Positions 12,459 through 25,200 of a stretch of DNA of 64,000 bases are shown piece by piece. The position numbers and the translations under genes are program-made. Source of the stretch: Selaginella moellendorffii (lineage: Eukaryota; Plantae; Lycopodiophyta); assembly GCF_000143415.4 (NCBI RefSeq), contig NW_003314280.1, positions 1,364,894-1,428,893 of the forward strand, in the 5' to 3' direction. The stretch's first letter is position 1. Each line of letters begins with the position of its first letter. The notes under the pieces are model-generated. The model saw nothing but the letters and a program-made list of their open reading frames with translations, was not told where the DNA came from and did not search any database.

Positions 12459-15400
12459 ACTCCACCACCCATAGACGAAGTTCGATGTCCTCATCGAACG
12501 GTAAACCATTTTGTAAAGTAACACTCGCATGTGTTACCATTTCCATCCTTGGCACCTAGCCAATATTTGTTAATGGTTTGACATTGAAGGCTCACCATGC
12601 CTTTTGCATATGCCTCAATGGTTTGACACCAAAGGCTCACCATGCCTTGCCTATCCTCTAAGGAGGGTAGTCTCTCCAACTTAGAGACTGATTGGACCAC
12701 ATATAGTGGTTCTCTCCTTTTATTGGTTTAGTTCTCGCTAAACCTCTTAGAGACCCTTCTCTAAGACTACTCCTTCTTGAGTAGTCTCAATTTCCATCTA
12801 TTGAATGTTTGCACCTTGGAACTTTTACTCTTTTGACTTTTGGAAGTCAATTTCCTAGGTGTCTCCAACACCTTGCATTGCACAGATTGTGCAACTCCAC
12901 TTCCCTATCCTAGGAAGTTCATTACTTGAGGGCACCATCATCCTCTCTTCTATTTCGTGCCACCTTGGGCACTAAGTTCCATTTATCACACTTTGTGCTA
13001 GAGTTGTCCATCGCCCTATCATTTGGCTACCTTACCGCTCCCTCACTTGGAGCTTTTACTTCGCCAAATTGGAGCACTTAGGAATCCATCCTTGGAAGTC
13101 CACTTCCTTTCCCACAAGCTGTTAGCATCGAACACATTAGTGTTCCTTGGCTAACTTTGCCATTTGGATCCCTTCCATTAAATTCCATGGCCCAAACTTG
13201 GCCACTAGTCCTTTGCTCCTATCCTTGATTGTTGCACCCAGCAACATCGGATCGCTACCTCCATTTTTGAGGTATCCTTTCGGTTCCATAGCAAAGACTC
13301 TTCTTTGCCAAGTCTGGAGGATGTTCACCCCTAGTACGTCTCTTTAGCATCTTCTGCTATGGGCTCTATCCATGGCCCAACTTCGTGACCCTCCCATAGG
13401 TCTTTTATAGAGACTACTTTCCTCGGACTCACTATGCCATCGGACGGACATAGTTTATTTCCCTTAGGTGCTCTTCTCACTTGGTCATCACGACCAAACC
13501 ACACCATCTTAAACAGTTCAATTTCAACATTTTGAACCAGGAACTTCATTCCTTAGCCAACCAAGGACCTTGTCCTTATCTGGCCATAAAATCACCTAGT
13601 GATCTCACCTTGGCACCTTAACAGAGTTGCCAAGAGGTACTTGGTCTTCTAGACCTCCAAGTTCTTGACTATAACCCCGGGGGCATCCCCCACACTTGGC
13701 GGTGCACCCAAGCTAGACCTTACGGCTAAGGGTTCATAGCAACTGAGATTAGGTGTCCCCATCTCACTCACCACGACCTTGGTGCCACTTGCACCAAAGC
13801 GTTCAAGTTAGATATGCCGAGCTTTCACACTAAGCAATCTAACCGTGCATCACGACTCCGAGGCATCCCTCACTTGGCGGTGTGCCCAAACCAGTCTCCC
13901 CACTGAGAGTCCATGACCACCGAAATATGAGTGTCCTCATATTCCAAACCATCACCACGCCCTAGTGATTTGGGACTCGAACCCAAGCACTAGAGGGTCG
14001 GGACTCGAACCCAACCTCCGTATATGCATCTACGGACGGCATCACACAAGATGCCTGGCGTGACTCCCCACGCCGGTGCACCAACTTATTTTTAAAGCGC
14101 GCTACAGATCACAGCTTGGGAACCTAGTTCCTCCACACTGCCAAGTCCTCTCACTTGACATGTCTATGATCATGCATGGACTCCTCCATGCTCGGCCCCA
14201 TGGCCCACCCTTTTTGAAGTTATCACCTTCAACTAGGGTATTTGTTCCCCCGACGTGCCAATCTCGCTTGGCAAATCCTTCGACCACTGTAACATGGTTC
14301 CTGCATAAGCGTGAAAGTCCTTGACCATCGACTTTCGTTCAAAGCCCTCTCTTTGAACACTCGGGAACTACTTCCCTAACCTTGATAGCCTTGCCTCATG
14401 GCAAGCTTCAAGACCACGCTTCTGCTGCGCTACTCTGATTTTGCGCGTTCCATGAACCATTTACACTTGGCCTTTCTAGGTACTAAGCTACCTAGAATTG
14501 TCTTTGGGAACCTTGAAGGAACTCTGTCCCTCAGCTTGCTAAGGCCTCCCTTTTTGCAAGCCTTCAAAATGCCACATAGTCTAACATGGACAATTCCATA
14601 TTTTAGACTCTCCATGGCATCACGGTTGCTAGCGGCAACACCCTCGAGCCCCCACTTGATTCTCCACTCCCAGCTGGCATAACCAACCTTGGTTATGCCC
14701 TTTGATTCCTATGGTTCGGTTCTATCCCCTTACTTCTTGCTTTTTAGCTTCACACCTTTCCTTTGGTCATTCTCCTCCAGACCAGGAGGATAGCTTTGCA
14801 CTTTCTATTACGCTTTAGCAAGTATTCTTAGGGATGAACCTACCCAATAGTCTAGGGAGTGGTTCCTCAATCCGGGTATGCTCACCTTATAATCCCACAC
14901 ACTGGGATTACATTGTTGCTTATGAGCCTTTACATGCCCATCACTAGCCTTGCCAAAATTCCATTTTTGGCTTTGTCCAACTCGGGTAGACAGTCCTCTC
15001 ATGTCTCCGCAACCTTGGACATTTGGATAGCACCTTCTATCCATCATTCGCTAGGGACTTAGTCCCTTGGGCTTTATCCATTGCCCTCGCACCATTTTCT
15101 TCGCAACATCAAACACCACCTTCTGGTGTTCTAGAGTGTCCGGGTGTCCCAATGATGGCTTTCTTGACAATGAGTATTTCCTTTTATGACATTGACTTAC
15201 TATATCGTAACACAAGCAACTTATCCCCCGTAAAGGTATATCCAACTTCCTTATGCTATTAAGAAGTCTTGGGTAGCTACCTTCTACCCGTTTAACCAGT
15301 TATTTTGCTCCTCTTGCTTAGTTGCCTCATAGTTGTCAAGTCCTACAACTCATTGCTTGGTGCTTTCACACCTCCATCATTATCTGGGTCACCACACTCC

Positions 15401-16576
15401 AACTACATGCTCTGCAACTTAGGCTATGCCATTCCCATTTCCATTGGGATTCCTTTGGCAAAGGGTTCTCATGAACCCACCAACATAGCCTCAAGGTATC
15501 ACACCTTGCAACATTTGGTGTCTCCACACCATCGGCTCCACGAGCCTACCTCTATGACATTTCCCCTTCGTGTCTAAGTCTTTGCCAAGACCAACACCGC
15601 TCTTTCTCATGCCAACCATCCGTTAGCACTGCCCCATAGAGGTCACACACAACTTTATGTCAAAGTTGTTTTCTTCTGGGAACACCTTTCCCATAACTTT
15701 AGCATGGCATATTTTGCCATCGATGAGATACCCTTTGTTCTCATCCTTGGATCCTATGATCCCCCCCCATCCTTTGTGGGGTACAACACACCTCAGTCCA
15801 AATGCTTCCATCAGTCCTTTTAGGACCGTCCCTTGACTCTACTTGAGTCGTCTAGTAGTTTTGGACTTAGTTAATCCACCGACCCGTAAGGTCCTACTTA
15901 TGAGGCACTAGCTCACTGGAATGCACTTCTTGCATTCCTGTCCTACTCAAAAGGACTATTTTCACAAGTGTTACTCCGACACTTGATTTTGTTCTCTGGG
16001 GGCAACCTTTGCCCCTTAGGACTACTTGTCCATGTGATGAGAATACCAACTCATCCACTTAATACACCCCCAACTCCTTGGGTTGTTCCAGCATTTATTA
16101 GAGGTAGCCCCGGCTACCATTTTGAGGACTTGTGTCCTCATCCATACTTGACCTCTCACGGTTATCCATTCCGGTCTCACCTTCATGAGCACCAGCCTCA
16201 ACCATGTGAGGATAAACTTGTGACTCCTTTATTGTTTTTGGAGTCTCTATCTTCCCCGTGATCCCAATTATAGTTGTTTACCCCAACTACATTAGCCCGT
16301 TTGCTGAGTCAAACGCTCATCTGGATCACCTCCTCAACTCAATGAGGAAAACCTTGCACTGTTCCCAAGATCCCAAAGTCGTTCCATTATTGGCCCCTTT
16401 TCTATCCACCACCTTGTCTACAAGTTCACACATGAACTGTAATGGAGAGCCATGTCTTCCCGACCTGCTACTCCTTAAGGATAGGCCCACTTCTCGGACC
16501 TTCCGTTGCAAACACCAGTGGTGATATACTTGAGCACCAATAAAAGTCGGACTAAGGAACAGCTCCGATACCAAAT

Positions 16577-18216
16577 TGTAGGCGACTAAATTTTCCATTC
16601 TACTTTAGTCACTTAACCACACCTCCGACCACTTGGAGGAGTCTCATTCACAACCTCCATAAGTCCAATCCAGGACTTGGGACTTGCTAGCCCCGAGAAT
16701 GGCATCCATGCCACTCAACATTTGCACTTGGTCCAAGTGCTCCACGTGTCCGATCCCATGACCGACACTCAAAGGTACCACCAACATGCCAGCCCGTTAC
16801 GCTAAGGCCATGCCCAATCACCTTTGCCACACTGGTAGTCCATTACCACTTGCATCACAGTCTTGGCTCTCCAAGACTAGGCAAACCATCTGTGAGTGGT
16901 CATCTGAGATCCACTCCTTAGCACCCTTAGGATGCCCACCGACAAGGGGAATAGCCTTCCCCAATATCCCTTTGTCAGTCCCCCACTAAGTCCCTTTCTG
17001 CCCCTGGCCGTGTTTGCCAACACTGCCACTGGATCGAGACCCACAGGCCCGACCACTAAGTCCCACGGTCCTCTGGGACTTCCTCACCACACGACTGTGT
17101 CCTTGGTCACTACCCCAGAGGACTGCTCCTCTTCCTTTCCACAGTCTGGGCCTTTGGGACAACATTTCGGAACACTGTGGCCTTACGCGAGCCACCTGGG
17201 TACTCTTCTCGCCTTCTGCCCTTAGGTGCTCTAGCCATGGGCTTAGAGCGAGGTTCCGTTGAGCCACGCCTGGTATCCAAGTAGGTAGTGCCACCCACAC
17301 TTGGATTGGGAGCATCGGCCAGTCGATCTCCCGGGGGAACTAGAGCCGGCTCTTGAACACTTCACCAAGCTACCCCACTTGTCGGTCCATGTTCACTCTA
17401 GTCTTGGACTTCCCAGTGGACAGCTCATCACCCAACACTGGGTCCGGCCTTCCTGGGCCAAACTGGCCTTTCCTAGCCAAACTGGCTCCACTACAGTCCT
17501 CCCCCTACTATACTTTTGGAGCTCACCAAACCCCCCAGGGTCTGGGAGACGAACGCTTTGGGCTTTCACCCTCTTAGACTTGAACTCGGACTCGGACTCA
17601 GACTCGGACTCGGACTCGGGCTCGGGCTCGGTCTCGGCCTCGGCCTCGGTCTCGTTCTCGGTCCCGATCTCGGTCTCGGTCTCGGTCTCGGTCTCAGTCT
17701 CGGTCCCGGTCTCAGTCTCGACTTCGGACTCCATCTCGGACTCCATCTCGGACTCCATCTCGGGTCCATCTCGGACTCCATCTCGGGTCCATCTCGGACT
17801 CCATTTCGGGTCCATCTCGGACTCCATCTCGGGTCCATCTCGGACTCCATCTCGGACTCCATTTCGGGTCCGTCTCGGGTCCACCTTGGACTCCATCTCG
17901 GACTCCATTTCGGGTCTATCTCGAGTCCATCTCGGACTCCACTTTGGACTCCAACTCGGGTCCATCTCGGGTCCATCTCGGACACTTCCACGTGTCCTGT
18001 GTTGGTCCTTTTTGGGTCCCTTTTTGGAGCCTCGCTTATTGCTCGCTTCATGCTTGTTCCTCGAGCAATTTGTTGGGAGTTCCACTCCCGCTCTTGACTT
18101 TTCAAGTCGGAGCTTTTGGTCCAAATGTGTTACGCTCGTTTGGGCTCTCGCTTCGGCCACTACCACGTGGCGCCCTTCCAGCTCCACTTTGGGGCCTAGG
18201 GATTTTGTGTCTCACA
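16577..18216 (-). repeat. 5' LTR of the nested element
   Basis: Adjacent to the PBS on the minus strand; near-identical to 10856-12458. Confidence 0.95.
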
Positions 18217-21071
18217 CCAGCGAGCGAGTACGTGGGGGAGTCAAGCGAAAAGAGACAAACCCACGGATAAGAAGGTCAAGTCATATAGCAGCATGGGAAA
18301 CAACGTATGCTACAACTGCGGTGAAGCGGGACACTTCTCGAGGGAATGTCCCTACCCAAAGAAGGCCAGAGCCAATATGGCCATCAAGTCGGGTGAAGTC
18401 CAAACTGAGGTATGTGATCCAGTCCCTAACTCAAAGTTACTCATTACACAAGCAACTTTGATAGAGAGTCGTTCGCGACATCTACTAGCCCTCCGAGGTA
18501 GCTTTGTTAAGATCCTTATTGACATGGGTGCTTCGGATAATTTTGTGGCTGCAGACATAGTCCGGCAAGCCGGACTAACGGTGCAGCAGCTAGGCAAACC
18601 AAGGACTATAGAGTTTGTTCAAGGTAGCCAAAGCACCGATGAGGTACTTCGACGAGCGAGAGTCGAAGTGGGGACTTGGAAGGTGGACATGGATTTCACC
18701 GTGTTGGACATGGCGGGATTTGACGTGATCTTTGGAATGGACTGGTTCAATCGATTCGTGGTAGCCCTGCATGGACAAGGTAGAAACCTTGTGGTACTGG
18801 CGAATGCCCAAGGAAGAAGATCTAGGGTGGAGGCCCAAGATCTAAAGGTAGGGCAAAGCAAGGCCAAAGATTCATGCTTAAACCTGGTGTCCACGAGAGG
18901 ACAACTCACTAAAGGAACTAAGGTGGCCTTTTTGTGCTTACTCTCGGTGAAGAGTGACAAAAAAACAGGAATGAAAGAAGTACCTTTAGTGATCCAGTGG
19001 GTGTTGGACCAATTCCAGGATACCATGCCGGAGGAGCTACCGGCGGGGCTACCCCCAGCACGACCGATAGAACATAAGATTGAGCTGGTCGAGGGTGCTG
19101 AGGCGGTGGTTCGTCCCCCTTATCGTTTGAACGAAAAAGAACTCAAGGAGCTCAAGTGCCAACTAGAGGAGTTGGTGGACAAAGGGTATGTTAGGTTGAG
19201 CAAGTCGCCATATGGGGCGCCGGTGTTATTTGTGAAAAAGAAAGATGGATCTATGCGCATGTGCATAGACTACCGGTTGCTCAACAAGTATACAAAGAAG
19301 AACAAGTACCCTTTGCCAAGGATTGAGGATCTGTTCGATAGGTTGGGAAAGGCAAAATACTTCTCGAGGATTGACCTAAGGTCAGGATATTACCAGATCA
19401 GGGTAGCCAAGGAAGATGTCGAGAAGACAACTTGTCGAACGAGGTATGAAAGCTTTGAGTTTCTGGTGATGCCCTTCGGGCTATGTAATGCACCGGCAAC
19501 GTTTTCGGCGCTAATGAACCACATCTTTGTACCCTATCTGGATCACTTCGTGGTCGTCTATATAGACGACATCCTGATCTATAGCGAGACGCTAGAGGAG
19601 CATGCCGAACACTTGGCGAAGGTGTTTGAGAAACTAAGGGAACACAAACTATATGCTAAAGAGAGCAAATGTGACTTTGCTCAACAAGAGGTAAAGTTTC
19701 TCGGGCATGTGGTGGGCCAGGACGGGCTCAAGGTGGACTCGGAGAAGGTCCAAGCGATCCAGGAATGGGAGCGACCATCGAATGTACACGAGTTGAGGGC
19801 ATTCCTGGGGCTATGCAACTACTATCGAATGTTTATCAGACACTATTCGAGAGTAGCCCTGCCCTTAACGGACCAAACAGGAAAAGGGAAGATGGTGTGG
19901 ACAGCGGAATGCGAGGCGGCATTCGTCCACCTCAAAGGGAAGTTGAGGAAGGCTCCCGTATTGGCATTACCAGACTTTGGTAAGGACTTTGAGGTAGAAA
20001 CGGATGCTTCGGACTTTGCGTTGGGCGCAGTTTTGAAGCAAGACAACCATCTGGTAGCGTTCTTCTCGAAGAAGTTGGACAAGGCTCAATGGAAGTGGCC
20101 TGCCCACAAGAAGGAATTGTTTGTGGTGGTCAAGGCGCTCAAGGAGTGGCGACACTACCTTGGGAGACACTTCAAGGTTTACACGGACAATGTGGCAATG
20201 AAACACTTCTTGTCACAGCCCGACCTGAGAGGGAAACAAGGTCGGTGGGCTAATGCCTTGGCTGAGTTTGATTGCGAGATTCTGTACAAGCCTGGGAAGA
20301 GCAACATCGTGGCGGATGCGCTAAGTCGAAAAGCGAGCTTGAGGTTGGCAATATCCAGCGCAACAGCAACCTTCTGGGACGATGTGCGGACAGCATATGA
20401 GAACGATGGTCTAGCACAAGAAGTGTTGCTGAGGAATCTAGAGGCGCGGGAAGCTCACCAGAGAGGTGAGCTGCCAACGGAAGAGAAAACGGGCTATGCG
20501 GAACGCAACAGACTCATTTATTACAAGCAAACGAGGGTGTATGTTCCAGAAGGGGAACTAAGGAAGGTGGCATTAGAAGAGTGTCATGACGGACCTCTTG
20601 CGGGACACGGTGGAGTGCCCAAGACGATGGGCTTACTCAAGAGGAAGTATCATTGGCCAGATATGGCTAAGGACGTCCAAGACTATGTAAAGACATGTCC
20701 AACATGTCAGCAGGTAAAAGCCGTGACTAAGGCTAGTGGGGGCTTGTTGCAAAGCATCCCAATTCCAGATCATCCGTGGAAATGTCTTATGATGGACTTC
20801 ATCACGGGACTCCCCCCAAGCGAGGGGTTTGATGCGATATTCGTGGTGGTGGACCGATTTTCGAAAATGGCACATTTCATACCCACCACAACGGAGGTGG
20901 ATGCGGAAGGTGTGGCAAAGCTATTCTTCAAACAAGTGGTTCGAGTGCGGGGAAGACCGGAAGAGATCATCTCAGATCGAGATAAGATCTTCACCAGTAG
21001 GTTCTGGAGGACTCTCCTGGAACAATATCGCACCAAGTTGAAATTTAGCACAGCCTATCACCCACAGACAG
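18217..21071 (+). CDS. pol: gag-pol continuation: zinc knuckle, protease, RT, RNase H, integrase N-terminus and core
   Basis: [14 protein letters not shown]; LIDMGAS (the DTG motif reads DMG); VYIDDILI; [10 protein letters not shown]; HHCC zinc finger; MDFITGLP and ISDRD; ends TAYHPQT. Confidence 0.97.
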
Positions 21072-21117
21072 GTATGGGGTATTAAGTCAAGTTGTTGGCA
21101 CTAACACTTCTTGACAG
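21072..21117 (+). other. 46-nt spliceosomal-type intron in the integrase core
   Basis: GTATGG donor, CTAAC branch point, TTCTTGACAG acceptor; removal yields the canonical HPQTDGQTERVN. Confidence 0.9.
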
Positions 21118-21533
21118 ATGGACAAACGGAAAGGGTGAATAGGCAGCTGGAGGATTATTTGCGATGCTATGTCTCGGGAGAAGAGCGATTGGGTAAGTCA
21201 TTTGGGACTTGCGGAAATGTGTTATAACAACTCACCACATTCGAGTATCGGGGTGAGTCCATGGGAAGTCATCAATGGGCAAGCTATTGAAGGTCCTGTG
21301 GAACTCAGCGTGGCCGAGTATCATGGAGAGTTGCCTGCAGTGGAGGCATTCACAGCGGAAAGACTCAGCATTTGGAATCTAGTGAGGGATTCCTTGGAAC
21401 GGGCTCAACAAAGGCAAACCAAATACGTGAACCAGAAGCATCGGGATGTAGAGTTCCAAGCTGGGGAGAAGGTGTGGCTGAACACCAAGAACCTCAGACT
21501 ACCAAGTGGGATCAACCGAAAGTTGACCCAAAG
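21118..21533 (+). CDS. pol: Integrase exon 2 (frameshift near 21170-21180)
   Basis: DGQTERVNRQLEDYLRCYV, then a frame change to KSDWVSHLGLAEMCYNNSPHSSIGVSP...KLTQR. Confidence 0.85.
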
Positions 21534-22236
21534 GTAAAGATGCATATATTCTTGTAAAAAGCTCTATTTCGTTAAAGTGGGATTTATTCAGTAAAATGGG
21601 ACTAGGTACAAATTTTCAAGTATTTGAAAATGACGTGAAATTATATGTTTTTTGTCCAGGGGCTAGACATATCTGGGGCATGGTGACTAGCGCGGTGACT
21701 TTGTGTCTAGACTGAGTCCATCTGGTTGTATAATAAATCTCATTGTCAAGGTGAACAAGCCGAATCTGAAGCTAAAGAAGAGCGATGGCATGCGCGCACA
21801 CACTATTTGTTTGTTCATTGAGCGTGTGGTGAGCTTTCCAAGATGAACGTCATAGACATATAACTTAATGGTGAGAACATTTAGATATTATTCAATGTTA
21901 TCTTTTTCTAACGAATCTAATTGTGAAGGTGTAGCAAGAGGCATTGCTAGTCTGGAGAAGTCATTTAACTCATTTGACCCTTAGTGTATTTTCATGAAAC
22001 TAAATAACATTCATATTATTAAGGAATTTCTCTAGTACCTTTTTTTTACGACATAGAGGCTTGCATTTCTTTCAAAGGTGATTTAGTAAAAGGCCTGGGG
22101 GCACATGCCATTCTATTTCTCAGACCGGTATTAAGATATACTAGTGCAAAGGGCCACATGCCATCATGCCTCCTCTGATTCAGATTCGGATTGTTCACCT
22201 TGAAATAAAATACATTAGAAACTTAGTAAAGGAATA

Positions 22237-25200
22237 TTAATGAATCTCACCTTGAACCCGGGTTATGAATGCTCTTGCTGCATCTCTTGCATGGTTTGGC
22301 AAGGTGATGGTGGCACTCTGCTTCCGCATCCAACCATGCACAACATTATCCACCGATATGCTCATGCTGGGATCCCTTGGATTCAGCACCCATCTTTTTT
22401 CTAGGCAATCCTTCGTATATCCGGAACTTGGCTTGAACCACTCCACAGTTACATTGAAGGAGTTAGTTTCTGCGTCCTCCTCTGCATCAGTGATGCAGCG
22501 CCCCACCCATATCATTTGTTTTTTATTACTGGGTCTGACAAGCACGACCATTCCTTTGCAGACCTGTACTGGATTGAATGCTGAATCCGGCTTCTTGTTC
22601 CTCGGCCCACAATAGTGATCCTCAACATCGTTATCTGTCACTGCATTTCCAGAGGACATTGTTCCGCTACTATCTGGTGCTCTGGGTTCTGGCCAAAAGG
22701 ACTCTTCCAATTCTTCATATACAACCAGCCCATTTTGGATAGCAGATATAATCTTCTCCCAGTATTCGAGCAAAGGCTTGCACCTCTTAAAATAGGATTC
22801 TCCACCAAACACCAACCCCCTCTTCCAGAAGGCAATATGCTGTCTAATCCCGGCCACTATACTTTCCTGGTCTTTGAGTCCATCCGGGTGCATCGGCCGT
22901 GGGGAACCCTGAGGAATCATAGGTTCCCCAGTTATGGGATCTCTCTTGAAGAGTTCAATGCCATCCACTGGCAGCCACACTGTGTCCCATTCTCTCATCT
23001 TGTACCTCATCACTGGAGCACCGTCACGCATGCTGAAATGAAACTGAAGAGGCTTGGAGTGGCCAATCAGCGTTTCGGATCCGTCCCTGATGTAGCCTCT
23101 TACAAACCCCTTAAAGTCTGGAACCTCTGTCACAAGTGCAGCTTCAACAGTGCCTTTGATGCAATTTTGGAATTCATCGTAGAGTTGTGGGAGGGTGAGG
23201 ACATTGGATCGCCGGAGGGACTCTGCCAGGTGACTGAACATGGCATCGACGTCTTCATGAGTGTGCCCAACCATGAGAAAGCCAAGTGTAACCGTTTCAA
23301 ATATGCCTTTGGCAACAAGCATCGCCAAGTACGCGAAGACGTACATGTTTTTGTTCTCACTGCCAGCATTGTCTGTTTGGAGCAGAAGATGGGGTGGAAG
23401 GCCACATCGGCCGCAAGAACTTCCTTGAGATTCTGCTTCGTTTGGATGAGGCTGTGCATTCACCGGGCGACCAGCCTCGTCGGAATGGCATGAGGCCTCA
23501 CGTGATAACCCTACAATCTGACGGCCAACATATTCACTGGGATGGCATGGGGCCCCACGCGATACTGCAAGCCTTTGCTCCTCCTCCAGCTGAACCCTGT
23601 ATGGGGTTCGATCGACAAGGGCCTTATGCAAGGGTTGGCTGTTCAGCTCAGTCTGCGCACTTTGCAGAGACCTTAAGTGTTTTGCTAGGGACGCAATCAT
23701 CATGTTTGCACCCCCGCCACCCCATAGAGGTACAAAGAAGTTCCCATAGTTCTGGGCACCATGCCCATGAGCGATTATGCCAAACAGAGACACAGGCAGC
23801 TGCATGGATGAAGAGATTGCCTTGGGGGCAGGATTGAGTCGAGGTAAGCACGTCTTTTTCTGGTCCATTTTGTCGTGGATGATGCAGAGGTAAGAGTCAG
23901 GTCTCTCCATGGAGAGAATCCTGTTATGATAATATGCAGTCCTGCAGCTTCTCTGCTCGATGTTGTGGTCGAGCCGCCTTCTAACTAACGTCTCTCGCTC
24001 TTGAGCGCTGCAAGAATTCTTCGACAAAGCCATTTTGATAGCAGTGCACTCGTCACACTTTGAAAAGCTGGAGTACTTTCCTATACTCACATCCCTGAAC
24101 CTGTTGCTCCACAATCTACTAAATCTAGATTGGCTCAGCTTCCTGTAGCCATTACTCTGGAGTTCCCGATTCACATCTTCCAATATGGCCCCCTTGGTAT
24201 ACATGGAAGGGAGAACTCGTTGGGTGTCTCGTGTTCCATCTTCCAAGAGGCGGGTTTTATGTGGTTGCTGCTCGCTACATGTCTCGACAAACCTCTTGAA
24301 GATTGCCTCTCCATATACAACATGACCCCTGGTTTTGTGCGTACCGTCGTTCCCATGGACTGCTTGTTGAACCCTTTGTTCCTCGAACTCAGTTTTGATT
24401 CTGTAGAATGTGCTTCGAGGGACTCCATAAATAATTCTCCATGCCTTCATGCAGACCAAACCCCTCTGGAAGACCATGCCCCCCACCTGATGTTCTGAAG
24501 CATCAACAGATGACCGTAATGCCTCATACACAAAATTGCGAGCTGCCTTCCAGGACAATGTCTTGTATCTTGCTCTCTCCTCTTCAATAGCATCCCAATC
24601 AGCATGTTGACAGCACCTCCTTTTGCAACAAGCAACTGTCGAGACCATTCGAACCTCCATCGCCATTTTCTGCCTTTTCGGTTCGTTGCTCAGATCCCTT
24701 TGGCTGCGCTGTAGGAAGGTGTACTTTCTTTTCCCATGAAGAGATGTTCTGTCATCAGTTGTAGTGGTGTTTGATTGTGAATCCTTCACATTCTCAAACA
24801 CTAAATGCCTCAATTTCCACCGCACAATGCTTCCAATAGTCAGACTGTTTTCTTCTGTGTCAACAACCTCTAAAATCGCAACTCCAATATCATCCCAGCC
24901 CAATTCTTGATTAGCAACCGCATCTCTTGGATCGACAACTGTGGCTAAGCCCTTAGCTACCACCTCCCCCTCGGGGTTGTTTAGAAACACCTTTGCCTGA
25001 ATCCATGTAGCACGGTTCTTAAGATCCACGGAGGGAACATGTGTCGCATTTGCGCTGTCCCCAACATCTGCTTTCTTCTGCAGATTTTTCAAGGCAACAA
25101 CAACATTTACCCCGACGACCATCTCTCCTCGGTCAATAGCGACCACATTCCCATCGAAGACAGTCTCTACTGATACAGCAGCATTGCCTTCCCCAAGCCT

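Larger units (their letters stand above)
10856..18216 (-). mobile_element. Non-autonomous LTR retrotransposon inserted antisense into gag
   Basis: LTRs 16577-18216 and 10856-12458; TSD CCAGC (10851-10855, 18217-18221); minus-strand PBS TGGTATCGGAGCT at 16561-16573; PPT at 12459-12472; 4.1 kb interior with no long ORF. Confidence 0.95.

Noticed and set aside
11579-18461. Long S/D/R/G-rich ORFs on both strands (e.g. 326 aa and 386 aa) and similar ones at 8683-9312 and 34972-35286
   Set aside because: They arise from stop-free hexamer tandem repeats inside LTRs, are open in several frames at once and differ between LTR copies.
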